IMG/VR virus record: IMGVR_UViG_3300032225_002143
Coordinates: 1 to 40,787 of that record
Source of the DNA: a virus
Taxonomy: Duplodnaviria > Caudoviricetes
Length of the DNA: 40,787 nucleotides
Strand: one strand, 5' to 3'
Under the pieces are notes generated by a model that saw only the letters and a program-made list of their open reading frames with translations, was not told the origin of the DNA and did no database searches. Below, one piece after another: positions 18,422 through 26,816 of the stretch (its first letter is position 1; the number at the start of each line of letters is the position of its first letter). Position numbers and translations under genes: made by a program.

Positions 18422-19372
18422 ATGTCATCATTCAAAAAACTAAACAAGGCGGACGTTACGACAGTAAATTACCATGCTAACAAGCAATGGAACTTTTCTT
18501 ATAGTGCTACTCCAAACGACAATAATATTTTCTTTTTTAAGGGAACTAATGAACCTTTTAATTCAGGTAATTCAACTACCACAAATGGTCAATATCAATC
18601 TCTAATATATAGCTTAGCTAATCATTTATTTTACCAATCATATACTGCTAGTTTAGATACAGGTTCATTAATGTTTAATGTAAACACATATGAATCTGCT
18701 TCACAACATCGTCCTACAGCGTCTTATTTTAATTACAATACTAATCCTTTATTAATTAAACAATTTCCAACAGGAGCTAATGAAACTATTTCATTAATTA
18801 GCATTAATCAAGATATATATGGTTCTAAAATATTACCACATAGTTTATTAATGACTTCATCTTTAGTTAAAATAAGAGATGATGGAAATGGTAATTTATT
18901 TGATGTAACTAATTTAGAGGATGATTATATTGATACTTTATACCTCAACCCAGGAGCTTATTTTAATGATCCATCTCCAGGGGTAGGCCCCACTTTAGTT
19001 GGAAATATATTTTATGCTCATGGAATGATAGTAATTACAAATCAATCCTCATCATATCAGAATTTTTTAGTTGGATTTGCTTCTACCGCTAGTATATCAT
19101 TTCAAAATGAACATATCATTTATGAAAATGAAGTACGTTGTATAGTACGTGAAAGTGATTATAACTTATCTTACAACCCAACATTAGTAACGGGTAGCTA
19201 TACTAGTGGCTCATTACGTAGTTTTGTCACTAGTTCAGTATTTCAACCATATGTTACAACAATTGGTTTATATAATGATGAAAATGATTTATTAATGGTA
19301 GCTAAATTAGGTAAACCAATAGTATTATCATCAGATACAGATATGACATTTATTGTCAAATACGATACTTAA
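18422..19372 (+). CDS. tail/baseplate structural protein, paralog 2
   Basis: C-terminal YVTTIGLYNDENDLLMVAKLGKPI, clearly homologous to ORF 17444. Confidence 0.6.
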   Translation: MSSFKKLNKADVTTVNYHANKQWNFSYSATPNDNNIFFFKGTNEPFNSGNSTTTNGQYQSLIYSLANHLFYQSYTASLDTGSLMFNVNTYESASQHRPTASYFNYNTNPLLIKQFPTGANETISLISINQDIYGSKILPHSLLMTSSLVKIRDDGNGNLFDVTNLEDDYIDTLYLNPGAYFNDPSPGVGPTLVGNIFYAHGMIVITNQSSSYQNFLVGFASTASISFQNEHIIYENEVRCIVRESDYNLSYNPTLVTGSYTSGSLRSFVTSSVFQPYVTTIGLYNDENDLLMVAKLGKPIVLSSDTDMTFIVKYDT

Positions 19373-19382
19373 AAATAGTTTT

Positions 19383-19823
19383 ATGAATTGGTTATATGAA
19401 TATGTCCCACTACGGGACGATTTTACTACGAACGATTATGGTTTTATTTATAAAATCACCAATTTAGAGACAAATAAATTTTACATTGGTAAAAAATCAT
19501 TTGTCCACAATAAGAAGAAAAAACTTACTAAAAAAGAATTAGCTGAACAAACAGGCCCGGGCCGTCGCTCAACTACCAAAGTTGAACAAGTCGACAGCGG
19601 ATGGCGTAATTATTGGGGTTCATCTAAAGAATTACTAGCTGATATTAAATCGCTAGGTAAAGATAAATTCGAACGCGAAATAATAAAGTTTTGCCCTACT
19701 AAAAAACAACTTACATACTACGAAATACAATACCAAATATCATACTCAGTATTATTTACTGATAGTTACAATGATAATATATTAGGTAAGTTTTATAGAA
19801 AAGATTTTGCTACGGCAGAGTAA
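19383..19823 (+). CDS. GIY-YIG family endonuclease
   Basis: GFIYKITNLETNKFYIGKK...YWGSS...E...YNDNI. Start moved to ATG 19383 to avoid overlap with the previous gene. Confidence 0.85.
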   Translation: MNWLYEYVPLRDDFTTNDYGFIYKITNLETNKFYIGKKSFVHNKKKKLTKKELAEQTGPGRRSTTKVEQVDSGWRNYWGSSKELLADIKSLGKDKFEREIIKFCPTKKQLTYYEIQYQISYSVLFTDSYNDNILGKFYRKDFATAE

Positions 19824-19836
19824 TTTATTATATTTG
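19806..19836 (+). promoter_or_regulatory. consensus Bacteroidetes sigma70 promoter for primase
   Basis: TTTG(19806-19809)-N19-TATATTTG(19829-19836) matches the -33 TTTG / -7 TAnnTTTG consensus exactly. Confidence 0.75.
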
Positions 19837-19841
19837 TGGTT

Positions 19842-20774
19842 ATGGAAAATGCTGCTCTTCTAATTTTACTGGAATCTGTGCTAGGTACTAGTAACAAAAC
19901 TAGTCGGGGCAATTATTCATTTAAATGTCCATTTTGTACTCACCACAAGAATAAACTCGAAATCAACTGCATAACAAACGCAAAAAGCGAGAATCCTTGG
20001 CATTGTTGGGTGTGTGAAGCAAAAGGTAAAACCATTAGATCTCTCCTTAAAAACATGAAAGCGCCGTCTAATAAATTAACGGAGCTAAACATGATTATTG
20101 CACCTGGTAAAGAACATAAGCATGTATCTACGATACTTGAACTACCTAAAGAATTTATATCATTAACAGATATTGTTGAAAATAGAATTACTACTATTGA
20201 ATCAAAACACGCTATTAAGTTTTTACGTAAGCGTGGTATAACACCTGACGATATTATAAAATATAATATTGGTTTCTGTAATGATGGACCATATAAAGAA
20301 CGTGTCATTATTCCATCATATGATGAAAATGGATTAATAAACTATTTTATAGCACGCGCCTATAAAGATGGACCTACAAAATATAAAAATCCTCCCGCTG
20401 ATGCTAAATCGGCTATTGGTTGGGAGTTATATATAAATTGGGATGCACCAATTATACTTGTTGAAGGTATATTTGATGCACTAACAATTAAACGCAACGT
20501 AATCCCCTTATTTGGGAAAATTATTCACGAAAAACTAATGAAAAAATTAGTTCGTTCATCAGTCAATAGAATCTATATTGCTCTTGACCCTGATGCTATT
20601 AAAAATGCTTTTAAATATTGTGAAGAATTGATGTCATATGGTAAAGAAGTTTATTTAGTAGAATTAGATGGTAAAGATGCTAATGAAATTGGATTTGAGC
20701 GGTTTTTAAACATTATTGAAAATACTGAACCGCTTACATTTCAGTCTCTATTGACTAAAAAACTCCAATTATGA
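19842..20774 (+). CDS. DNA primase (DnaG/T4 gp61-like)
   Basis: Zn finger CPFC...HCWVC; LRKRGI; RVIIP; TOPRIM LVEGIFDAL and ALDPDA; KDANE. The track's GTG start at 19836 overlaps the promoter. Confidence 0.92.
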   Translation: MENAALLILLESVLGTSNKTSRGNYSFKCPFCTHHKNKLEINCITNAKSENPWHCWVCEAKGKTIRSLLKNMKAPSNKLTELNMIIAPGKEHKHVSTILELPKEFISLTDIVENRITTIESKHAIKFLRKRGITPDDIIKYNIGFCNDGPYKERVIIPSYDENGLINYFIARAYKDGPTKYKNPPADAKSAIGWELYINWDAPIILVEGIFDALTIKRNVIPLFGKIIHEKLMKKLVRSSVNRIYIALDPDAIKNAFKYCEELMSYGKEVYLVELDGKDANEIGFERFLNIIENTEPLTFQSLLTKKLQL

Positions 20775-21559
20775 TTGAAAAAAATGTAAACATCATTAAA
20801 GATCCAAAAATCAAACGCCTTGTAGAATACAAAGAAGGTGACAAACAAGTTAATATTTTGGATTCTAGGTTTTACCGCAGAGATGCTAAGTATTACCCAT
20901 CAGTAACATCAGTATTAAATTATTTTCCTAAAAACCAATTCTTCCATAGTTGGTTAAAAGATGTTGGTCATAATGCCGATATCATTGCTTCTAAAGCAGC
21001 TGCTGAAGGTACAGCAGTTCACAATGCTATTGAGTCTTTCCTTAATGGTGAAGAAATACAATGGATTGATGAATACGGTAAAGCACAATACAATTTAGAT
21101 GTTTGGAAGATGATATTGAAATTTGCTGATTTTTGGAACACCCATAAACCAGAATTAATATCAACCGAATATCATTTATTTTCAGATGTACATGAATATG
21201 CTGGTACAGCCGATTTAATTGTTAAAATTGATGGTAAATTATGGCTATTAGATATTAAAACCTCTAATTCATTACATACCAGCTATGGCTTACAATTATC
21301 CGCTTACGCTATGGCTTGGAACGAAACACATACAGATCCTATTGAAAGAACAGGAGTATTATGGTTAAAAGCATCTACGCGCACCACTGGTAAAGAAGGT
21401 AAAATTCAAGGTAAGGGTTGGGAACTAAAGGAATATAGCAAGATTTTAGAAAATTTCACTATGTTTAAAAATATATACGAAATATATAAAATGGAAAATC
21501 CCGATTTTAAACCGTATACAGAATTATTACCGATCAGTATTAAAATAGCAACAAGCTAA
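20771..21559 (+). CDS. PD-(D/E)xK exonuclease (Cas4/RecB-like phage family)
   Basis: YPSVTSVL, EGTAVH, E...YAGTADLI...LLDIKTS...QLSAYA. Confidence 0.85.
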   Translation: MIEKNVNIIKDPKIKRLVEYKEGDKQVNILDSRFYRRDAKYYPSVTSVLNYFPKNQFFHSWLKDVGHNADIIASKAAAEGTAVHNAIESFLNGEEIQWIDEYGKAQYNLDVWKMILKFADFWNTHKPELISTEYHLFSDVHEYAGTADLIVKIDGKLWLLDIKTSNSLHTSYGLQLSAYAMAWNETHTDPIERTGVLWLKASTRTTGKEGKIQGKGWELKEYSKILENFTMFKNIYEIYKMENPDFKPYTELLPISIKIATS

Positions 21560-21566
21560 TATTTAT
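21559..21566 (+). promoter_or_regulatory. putative late promoter ATATTTAT
   Basis: Directly after the exonuclease stop and before the NTase pair. Confidence 0.65.
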
Positions 21567-21584
21567 GGATATATTAGACTGTAT

Positions 21585-22556
21585 ATGATTAAATTAATTA
21601 GCATCGTTAAGCAAATATTAATGGAGGGTGGTAACGTATTCGGTACCACCACCTCTATTGAAAAGGCTAATATTGAACCTACTGTTGAAACATTTGTAGG
21701 TCAATTATCTAAAATATTCCCGGCCAAAGCATCAACATTCAAATCATTTGAAAAATTAGGATCGGCTGGTAAAAAAGATGTATCTGGCGATATAGATTTA
21801 TCATATGACATTAAAAATATATTTCCTGATGGTAAGACACCTGATTTTAAGGGATGGGGCGTAGATGAACAAAAATATAACGAATTAGTAGCTCAATTTA
21901 CAAAACGCGCTAGAAACGCATCTCCTGAAAAGATACAATTACGAGCTATGATTGTATTAATAGCTGAAAAAACCAATAATGCTCTACCAGATGTTGAAGT
22001 AGATGATAAATCATCAGGTTCCGGTTCTATATTCTGCGCTATACCACAATATGATCCATCAGGTAATAAATTAGGCAAAGCGGTACAAACCGATATTAAT
22101 ATAGGTAACCCTGGATGGCTGCGTTTTAGTTATTACTCACACACTTACTCAGGTAATGTTAAAGGATTACACCGTACACAGTTAATGTTAGCTTTATTTG
22201 CTAATAAAGGTAAAACATTTGGTCATAGTACAGGTGTTGTTGATAAAGATACAGGTAAACGAGAAGCATCAACACCCGAAGAAGCTATTGTATTGTTAAA
22301 TAAGTTATATGGATTTAAATTAACTCAAGATATATTAGATGATTACTTTAAGTTAGAGGATTTTATGAAAAAAAATCTATCTACTGAAGAATATAACAGT
22401 ATTATAGACAGATATCTTAAAATATTAGACTCAACACGAGCCGACATACCAGATAATTTACAGCAATACTGGATTGACAATCAAGATAGATTGGGATTAA
22501 AGGGTAAATTTTTACCTGATACATCTAATTTAGTACAATATAAAAAAGAAGCATAA
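21585..22556 (+). CDS. Pol-beta superfamily nucleotidyltransferase with MIKL..LME leader
   Basis: LGSAGKKDVSGDIDL (hGS..DxD) and a downstream VQTDI third acidic residue. Confidence 0.8.
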   Translation: MIKLISIVKQILMEGGNVFGTTTSIEKANIEPTVETFVGQLSKIFPAKASTFKSFEKLGSAGKKDVSGDIDLSYDIKNIFPDGKTPDFKGWGVDEQKYNELVAQFTKRARNASPEKIQLRAMIVLIAEKTNNALPDVEVDDKSSGSGSIFCAIPQYDPSGNKLGKAVQTDINIGNPGWLRFSYYSHTYSGNVKGLHRTQLMLALFANKGKTFGHSTGVVDKDTGKREASTPEEAIVLLNKLYGFKLTQDILDDYFKLEDFMKKNLSTEEYNSIIDRYLKILDSTRADIPDNLQQYWIDNQDRLGLKGKFLPDTSNLVQYKKEA

Positions 22557-24838
22557 TGTCAGGATCAGCAGGCGGAAATAGAATACCTAGAGCAGCTGTT
22601 GAAAAAACAGTTCAAGAATATATACAAAAAGTATTATCTAAATTTCCTTCATTTAAAGGAGCTAAAGTATCAGGCTCATACAATACAGGTACTAAATCAG
22701 ATTTTGGCGATATTGATTTGATTGTTCATTTAGATAGTGAAGACAAGAAAAATATTAAATTAGAATTAGCAAAATATGTATCTTCTTTACCAGATGATGT
22801 AATAGTACCTTTTAAGAGCGACAAATATAAAGGTAAAAAATTCCTTAACACAGGTGAAATTATTACTATATTATACCCAATAACGGGTATGCCTGGCAAT
22901 TTTGTTCAAATAGATAATATTATTTCTATAAGCGATAAGGAAGCTGAATTTAAAAAAGAATTTTTAGACTATCCTGCTGAAATACAAGGACTACTATTAG
23001 GATTAGCTAAGGTAGCGTGTTTAGAAGAAGATCCAAAAGATATATTTGCTCGTATGGGTATTAAAAATATTCCTGCACTTGAACCTAATCAAGAATATGA
23101 ATTTAATTTATCTAGCAGTGGATTAACATTACGTATTGTAACATTAGACAATTTTAAAGAAACTGATAGAACCGATGTATGGAAAACTAGTGATTGGTCT
23201 AATATTAAAAAATTATTTGCTAATTATAAAATAGATGGTACTTTTGAAGAACTATTAAGCGATATATCATCTAAATTAAAAAATATTCGTTCTAAAAATC
23301 GTGTTAAAGGTATATTTAATTCTATGGTATCCATTAAAAGTGGTGAAGTAGGTACAGCCAAAGGCGATAACAAACAAAAATCATTAGATAAGGTGAATAC
23401 AACATTAAGCGAAACTAATCTAGGTAGATATCTAGCCAGTTTAATATTAGAAGCAGAAGATCAACCAACAGTAGCATTATTCCCAGGAGCATTTAAACCA
23501 CCACATAAAGGTCACGTTGATGTAGTAAATAAACTATTAAAAGGATCTGATCAAGTAGTAGTACTTGTATCACCAAAAACACGTGAAGGTATTACTTCTG
23601 ATGAAAGTGTTGCTGTTTGGAATTTATATAAGGATAAAGGTTTATTTGATGGTTCGGTTGAAATTAAAGTTTCATCATCACCAACACCTGTTGGAGAAGT
23701 ATATGATGTTGTTGAAGAAAATCCTGATACTGAGTTTCGTGTAGCATTTGGTAAGGGTGAAATAAGTCGCTATAAAAATATTGAAAAGTTCCCTAATGTA
23801 AAAGTATTTGATGCTGGTGAAATTGAGGGTATTAGTGCAACTAATTTACGCATGGCTTTAATTCAAAAAAATGAAGATGAAATAGCAAAATCTCTTCCTG
23901 ATGGTGTATCGGTAGATGAATTTTTACAAGCATTAAATGAAAAACCCAAAGAAGAAACACCAGCTGAAACACCTCCTACTGAAACCCCAACAGAAACAAC
24001 TCCTCCTGAGGGTGAACAACCACTACAAGAATCACCTCCAATTGAATTTGAACAGGATGATTATCAAAATTATATAACACAAAACCGTGTTAAAATAGAA
24101 AAAGCAGCAGCTGTATTTAATTTACCGATTGATGATATGGAATATGCTTTTAATGGTGGAAGAGAGGTAGTGTTAAGTGATGATATATGGAAAGAAATGG
24201 AAAATACTAAATCATATAGCATGAAAACATTAGAGGATGCTATTGCTCATGCTTTGAAATTAGGTATTAATCCAAGACCATATATTGATCATATTAAGAA
24301 AAAAGAAGATCTACCATTACCACTTGTATTATGTTATGGTGAAGGAAAATATTATTTAGTAGGTGGTGAAGTAATACTATCTTTGTTTAGAGCTTTAGGT
24401 TCAATACCAACTGTATTACAAGCAACATTAAATTTACAAGATAAAACATTACCTGAACCAATGAATGAAGGCTTAAATACAGGTAATGATAAACAATTAT
24501 TAAAGAAATTTATTGGATTTGCTATTAAAGAATTAGAAATACAAAAACCACCAACATCTCTTACATTATCAAGAGATAATAATGCTGCTAAATCAATGCA
24601 TTCATTTGGTTCATTTGATCCTAATAATGATAAAATATGGTTATATGTTAAAAATCGTAACATGGCCGATTTGTTACGTACATTAGCACATGAATTAGTA
24701 CATCGTAAGCAAGCTGAAGATGGTAGAATCGATTATAATAGTGGTGAAACTGGTAGTGACATTGAAAATGAAGCAAATGCACAAGCAGGTGTATTGCTAA
24801 GAAAATTTGGTAAACAAAACGAAGAAATATATCAATAA
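22556..24838 (+). CDS. multidomain protein: Pol-beta NTase + HxGH (cytidyltransferase-like) NTase + ParB-like + zincin metallopeptidase
   Basis: SGSYNTGTKSDFGDIDL and VQIDN; LFPGAFKPPHKGH...ISATNLR; LPLPLVL...YYLVGG; RTLAHELVHRKQ...ENEANAQAG. Confidence 0.8.
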   Translation: MSGSAGGNRIPRAAVEKTVQEYIQKVLSKFPSFKGAKVSGSYNTGTKSDFGDIDLIVHLDSEDKKNIKLELAKYVSSLPDDVIVPFKSDKYKGKKFLNTGEIITILYPITGMPGNFVQIDNIISISDKEAEFKKEFLDYPAEIQGLLLGLAKVACLEEDPKDIFARMGIKNIPALEPNQEYEFNLSSSGLTLRIVTLDNFKETDRTDVWKTSDWSNIKKLFANYKIDGTFEELLSDISSKLKNIRSKNRVKGIFNSMVSIKSGEVGTAKGDNKQKSLDKVNTTLSETNLGRYLASLILEAEDQPTVALFPGAFKPPHKGHVDVVNKLLKGSDQVVVLVSPKTREGITSDESVAVWNLYKDKGLFDGSVEIKVSSSPTPVGEVYDVVEENPDTEFRVAFGKGEISRYKNIEKFPNVKVFDAGEIEGISATNLRMALIQKNEDEIAKSLPDGVSVDEFLQALNEKPKEETPAETPPTETPTETTPPEGEQPLQESPPIEFEQDDYQNYITQNRVKIEKAAAVFNLPIDDMEYAFNGGREVVLSDDIWKEMENTKSYSMKTLEDAIAHALKLGINPRPYIDHIKKKEDLPLPLVLCYGEGKYYLVGGEVILSLFRALGSIPTVLQATLNLQDKTLPEPMNEGLNTGNDKQLLKKFIGFAIKELEIQKPPTSLTLSRDNNAAKSMHSFGSFDPNNDKIWLYVKNRNMADLLRTLAHELVHRKQAEDGRIDYNSGETGSDIENEANAQAGVLLRKFGKQNEEIYQ

Positions 24839-24851
24839 ATAAAATTAAGTT

Positions 24852-25433
24852 ATGAGTGATAATCTTTTAAAGAAAGAATTTCGTACGCGCGACGTACAAC
24901 GTATGCGTAATATCATTACTAAAAAATCAGGTGATAGAACTGGAGTACAGGTTGGATACACTGCGGATTATGTTGAGCACAAGGAGGGTGACGTTTGGGA
25001 AGAACGTGGCAAAAAATGGACCATTAAAAATGGCTTGAAGCAGACTGTTACACGTCTTGACGCTATTAAGAAAAAAATATTCACACCTATTGTATGCCCT
25101 AATTGTAATAAACCAATGAATAAAGGACATATTGACAAGTATATGTTTTCAATTCATCAAAAATGCTCAGATTGTGTATTTGAATATGAAACTAAATTAA
25201 AATCTAAAGGTAAGTTTGATGAATACGCTAAAGATATAATAACACAAGGTATCAAATACCATATTAAAGAAATGGAAGGGGCCTTATTAGGTTTACTTAT
25301 GGATACCTCTGGTGAATCATTTGTTACTGAAGCAGGTGATATTGAAGAATGGAAAGGTAAAGGTAATAATAATCAATTAATAAAGGATATACAAGAATAT
25401 ATACAGAAACTTAAAGACGCTATAAATGAATAA
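24852..25433 (+). CDS. zinc-finger protein
   Basis: HKEGDVWEERGKKWTIKNG; CPNC...CSDC. Confidence 0.7.
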   Translation: MSDNLLKKEFRTRDVQRMRNIITKKSGDRTGVQVGYTADYVEHKEGDVWEERGKKWTIKNGLKQTVTRLDAIKKKIFTPIVCPNCNKPMNKGHIDKYMFSIHQKCSDCVFEYETKLKSKGKFDEYAKDIITQGIKYHIKEMEGALLGLLMDTSGESFVTEAGDIEEWKGKGNNNQLIKDIQEYIQKLKDAINE

Positions 25434-25440
25434 TATTTAT
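25433..25440 (+). promoter_or_regulatory. putative late promoter ATATTTAT
   Basis: Intergenic copy before ORF 25475. Confidence 0.6.
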
Positions 25441-25474
25441 AGACATCATTACCGTTACCGTTAAAAAGTCAAGT

Positions 25475-26077
25475 ATGTCTGTAGATTTAACTGTCGCAAT
25501 TGTTTCGTCCGTTTTTACAGCTATCGTAGGGCCTATAGCGGTTCATATAGTAAAAATGAAAACGGAAAAAGGTAAGCTAGATGTATTAAGAGATGCGATA
25601 GCTAATAATTCTCTTGTAGCTAATAAGGTAGAAGAGATTAAAGACCAAACAGGAGCAGATAGAGTATGGATAACACAATTCCACAATGGTGGTACATTTT
25701 ATCCAACAGGAAAGTCAATACAGAAATTTAGTATGTTCTATGAAACTGTATCTCAAGGTACAACATCAGCACAACAAAATTTTCAAAACATTCCTATTAG
25801 TCTACTTAGTAAATCTATAAACCATTTACTAGAACACAATGTTATTGCTGTTCCAGATTTTGGAAATAATGCTTTAAACACATATGGTTTAGAGTATATA
25901 GCTGAAGTGAGTGGATGTAAGAGTACATATCAATTTGCTATTAAAACAATTGATGGTAAGTTTATTGGTATATTGGGGTTAGATTTTGTTAAGGAACCAA
26001 CCCACCTTTTATTAGAAGAAACAAATCGCTTATTGGTAGAAGCAACAACAATAGGTGGTGTATTATATAAAAAATAA
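25475..26077 (+). CDS. membrane protein with GAF-like domain (possible T4 T-type holin)
   Basis: N-terminal TM helix; GADRVWITQFHNG...GCKSTYQFAIKTIDGKFIGILGLDF GAF pattern. Confidence 0.6.
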   Translation: MSVDLTVAIVSSVFTAIVGPIAVHIVKMKTEKGKLDVLRDAIANNSLVANKVEEIKDQTGADRVWITQFHNGGTFYPTGKSIQKFSMFYETVSQGTTSAQQNFQNIPISLLSKSINHLLEHNVIAVPDFGNNALNTYGLEYIAEVSGCKSTYQFAIKTIDGKFIGILGLDFVKEPTHLLLEETNRLLVEATTIGGVLYKK

Positions 26078-26316
26078 TGATTAAATTAACAGACTTACTA
26101 GAAAAGAAAGGTGATGAACCACTACAGTTTCCTGATGGCTTTAAACCAGCTAAACGGGTACCTGAAGGTGGTGCAATGTGTGCTAATTGTGCTAAATGGA
26201 ATAAAGAAACTCAATTATGTGAAGGTCAATACTATATTGATTGGAACGGTAATGGTAAAATACCAACTGAACCAACTAAATATGTTTGTATTTGGTGGGT
26301 TCCTAAAAATAAATAA
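26077..26316 (+). CDS. small Cys-rich (HiPIP-like) protein with MIKL leader
   Basis: CANC..W......C....G.I......VCIWW. Confidence 0.6.
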   Translation: MIKLTDLLEKKGDEPLQFPDGFKPAKRVPEGGAMCANCAKWNKETQLCEGQYYIDWNGNGKIPTEPTKYVCIWWVPKNK

Positions 26317-26816
26317 TGATTAAACTAACCGAAATATTAGACGAAATATTAACTGAAAAACTTTGTAAAAAAGGCAGAGCTTACTATAATCGTCGTAGAG
26401 CTGCTGGAGAAAAACCATCAGCTTATCTTTCTGGTCGTGCAGTTAAAGTATGTAAAGGTTTAATGAAAGAAGATAATAAAACTATTGAATGTGAAAAATG
26501 TGGATGGGAATGGAAATTAAAAGATGGAGGAAAAGATCCTTATATTTGTCATAAATGCGGATATGATAATAGTTTAAATGAATCACTTCGTGATTGGTTT
26601 AAAAAAGAAGATTGGGTTCGTATTGACACAGCAGGTAATATAACTGGCCCATGTGGTACAATGAAAAAAGGACATAAAACAACTCGTTGTTTACCTCGTG
26701 CTAAAGCAAATTCACTGACTAAAGCAGAACGTGCTGCTACATCAAAGAAAAAAGTAGCATCAAATAAACAATTTGTATCTAATACTAAAAAAGCTAAAGT
26801 AAAACTTAATAAATGA
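26316..26816 (+). CDS. basic multi-module protein (DUF5872-like modules and Zn ribbon) with MIKL leader
   Basis: PSAYLSG; CEKC...CHKC; LRDWFKKEDWV...CLPRAKA. Confidence 0.65.
   Translation: MIKLTEILDEILTEKLCKKGRAYYNRRRAAGEKPSAYLSGRAVKVCKGLMKEDNKTIECEKCGWEWKLKDGGKDPYICHKCGYDNSLNESLRDWFKKEDWVRIDTAGNITGPCGTMKKGHKTTRCLPRAKANSLTKAERAATSKKKVASNKQFVSNTKKAKVKLNK

Noticed and set aside
19383-19823. GIY-YIG gene as an intron-encoded homing endonuclease
   Set aside because: It does not interrupt a gene, has no flanking intron-like structured sequence and has no C-terminal NUMOD-type DNA-binding repeats.
20771-21559. Cas4-like nuclease as evidence of a CRISPR-Cas locus
   Set aside because: No repeat-spacer array or other cas genes are visible, and it lacks the Fe-S cysteines; it is a typical phage exonuclease beside primase.
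21585-24838. Calling the NTase pair a CBASS/CD-NTase or MNT-HEPN toxin-antitoxin system
   Set aside because: No recognisable effector (SAVED, patatin, TM, HEPN) is adjacent; only the generic Pol-beta motif can be supported.
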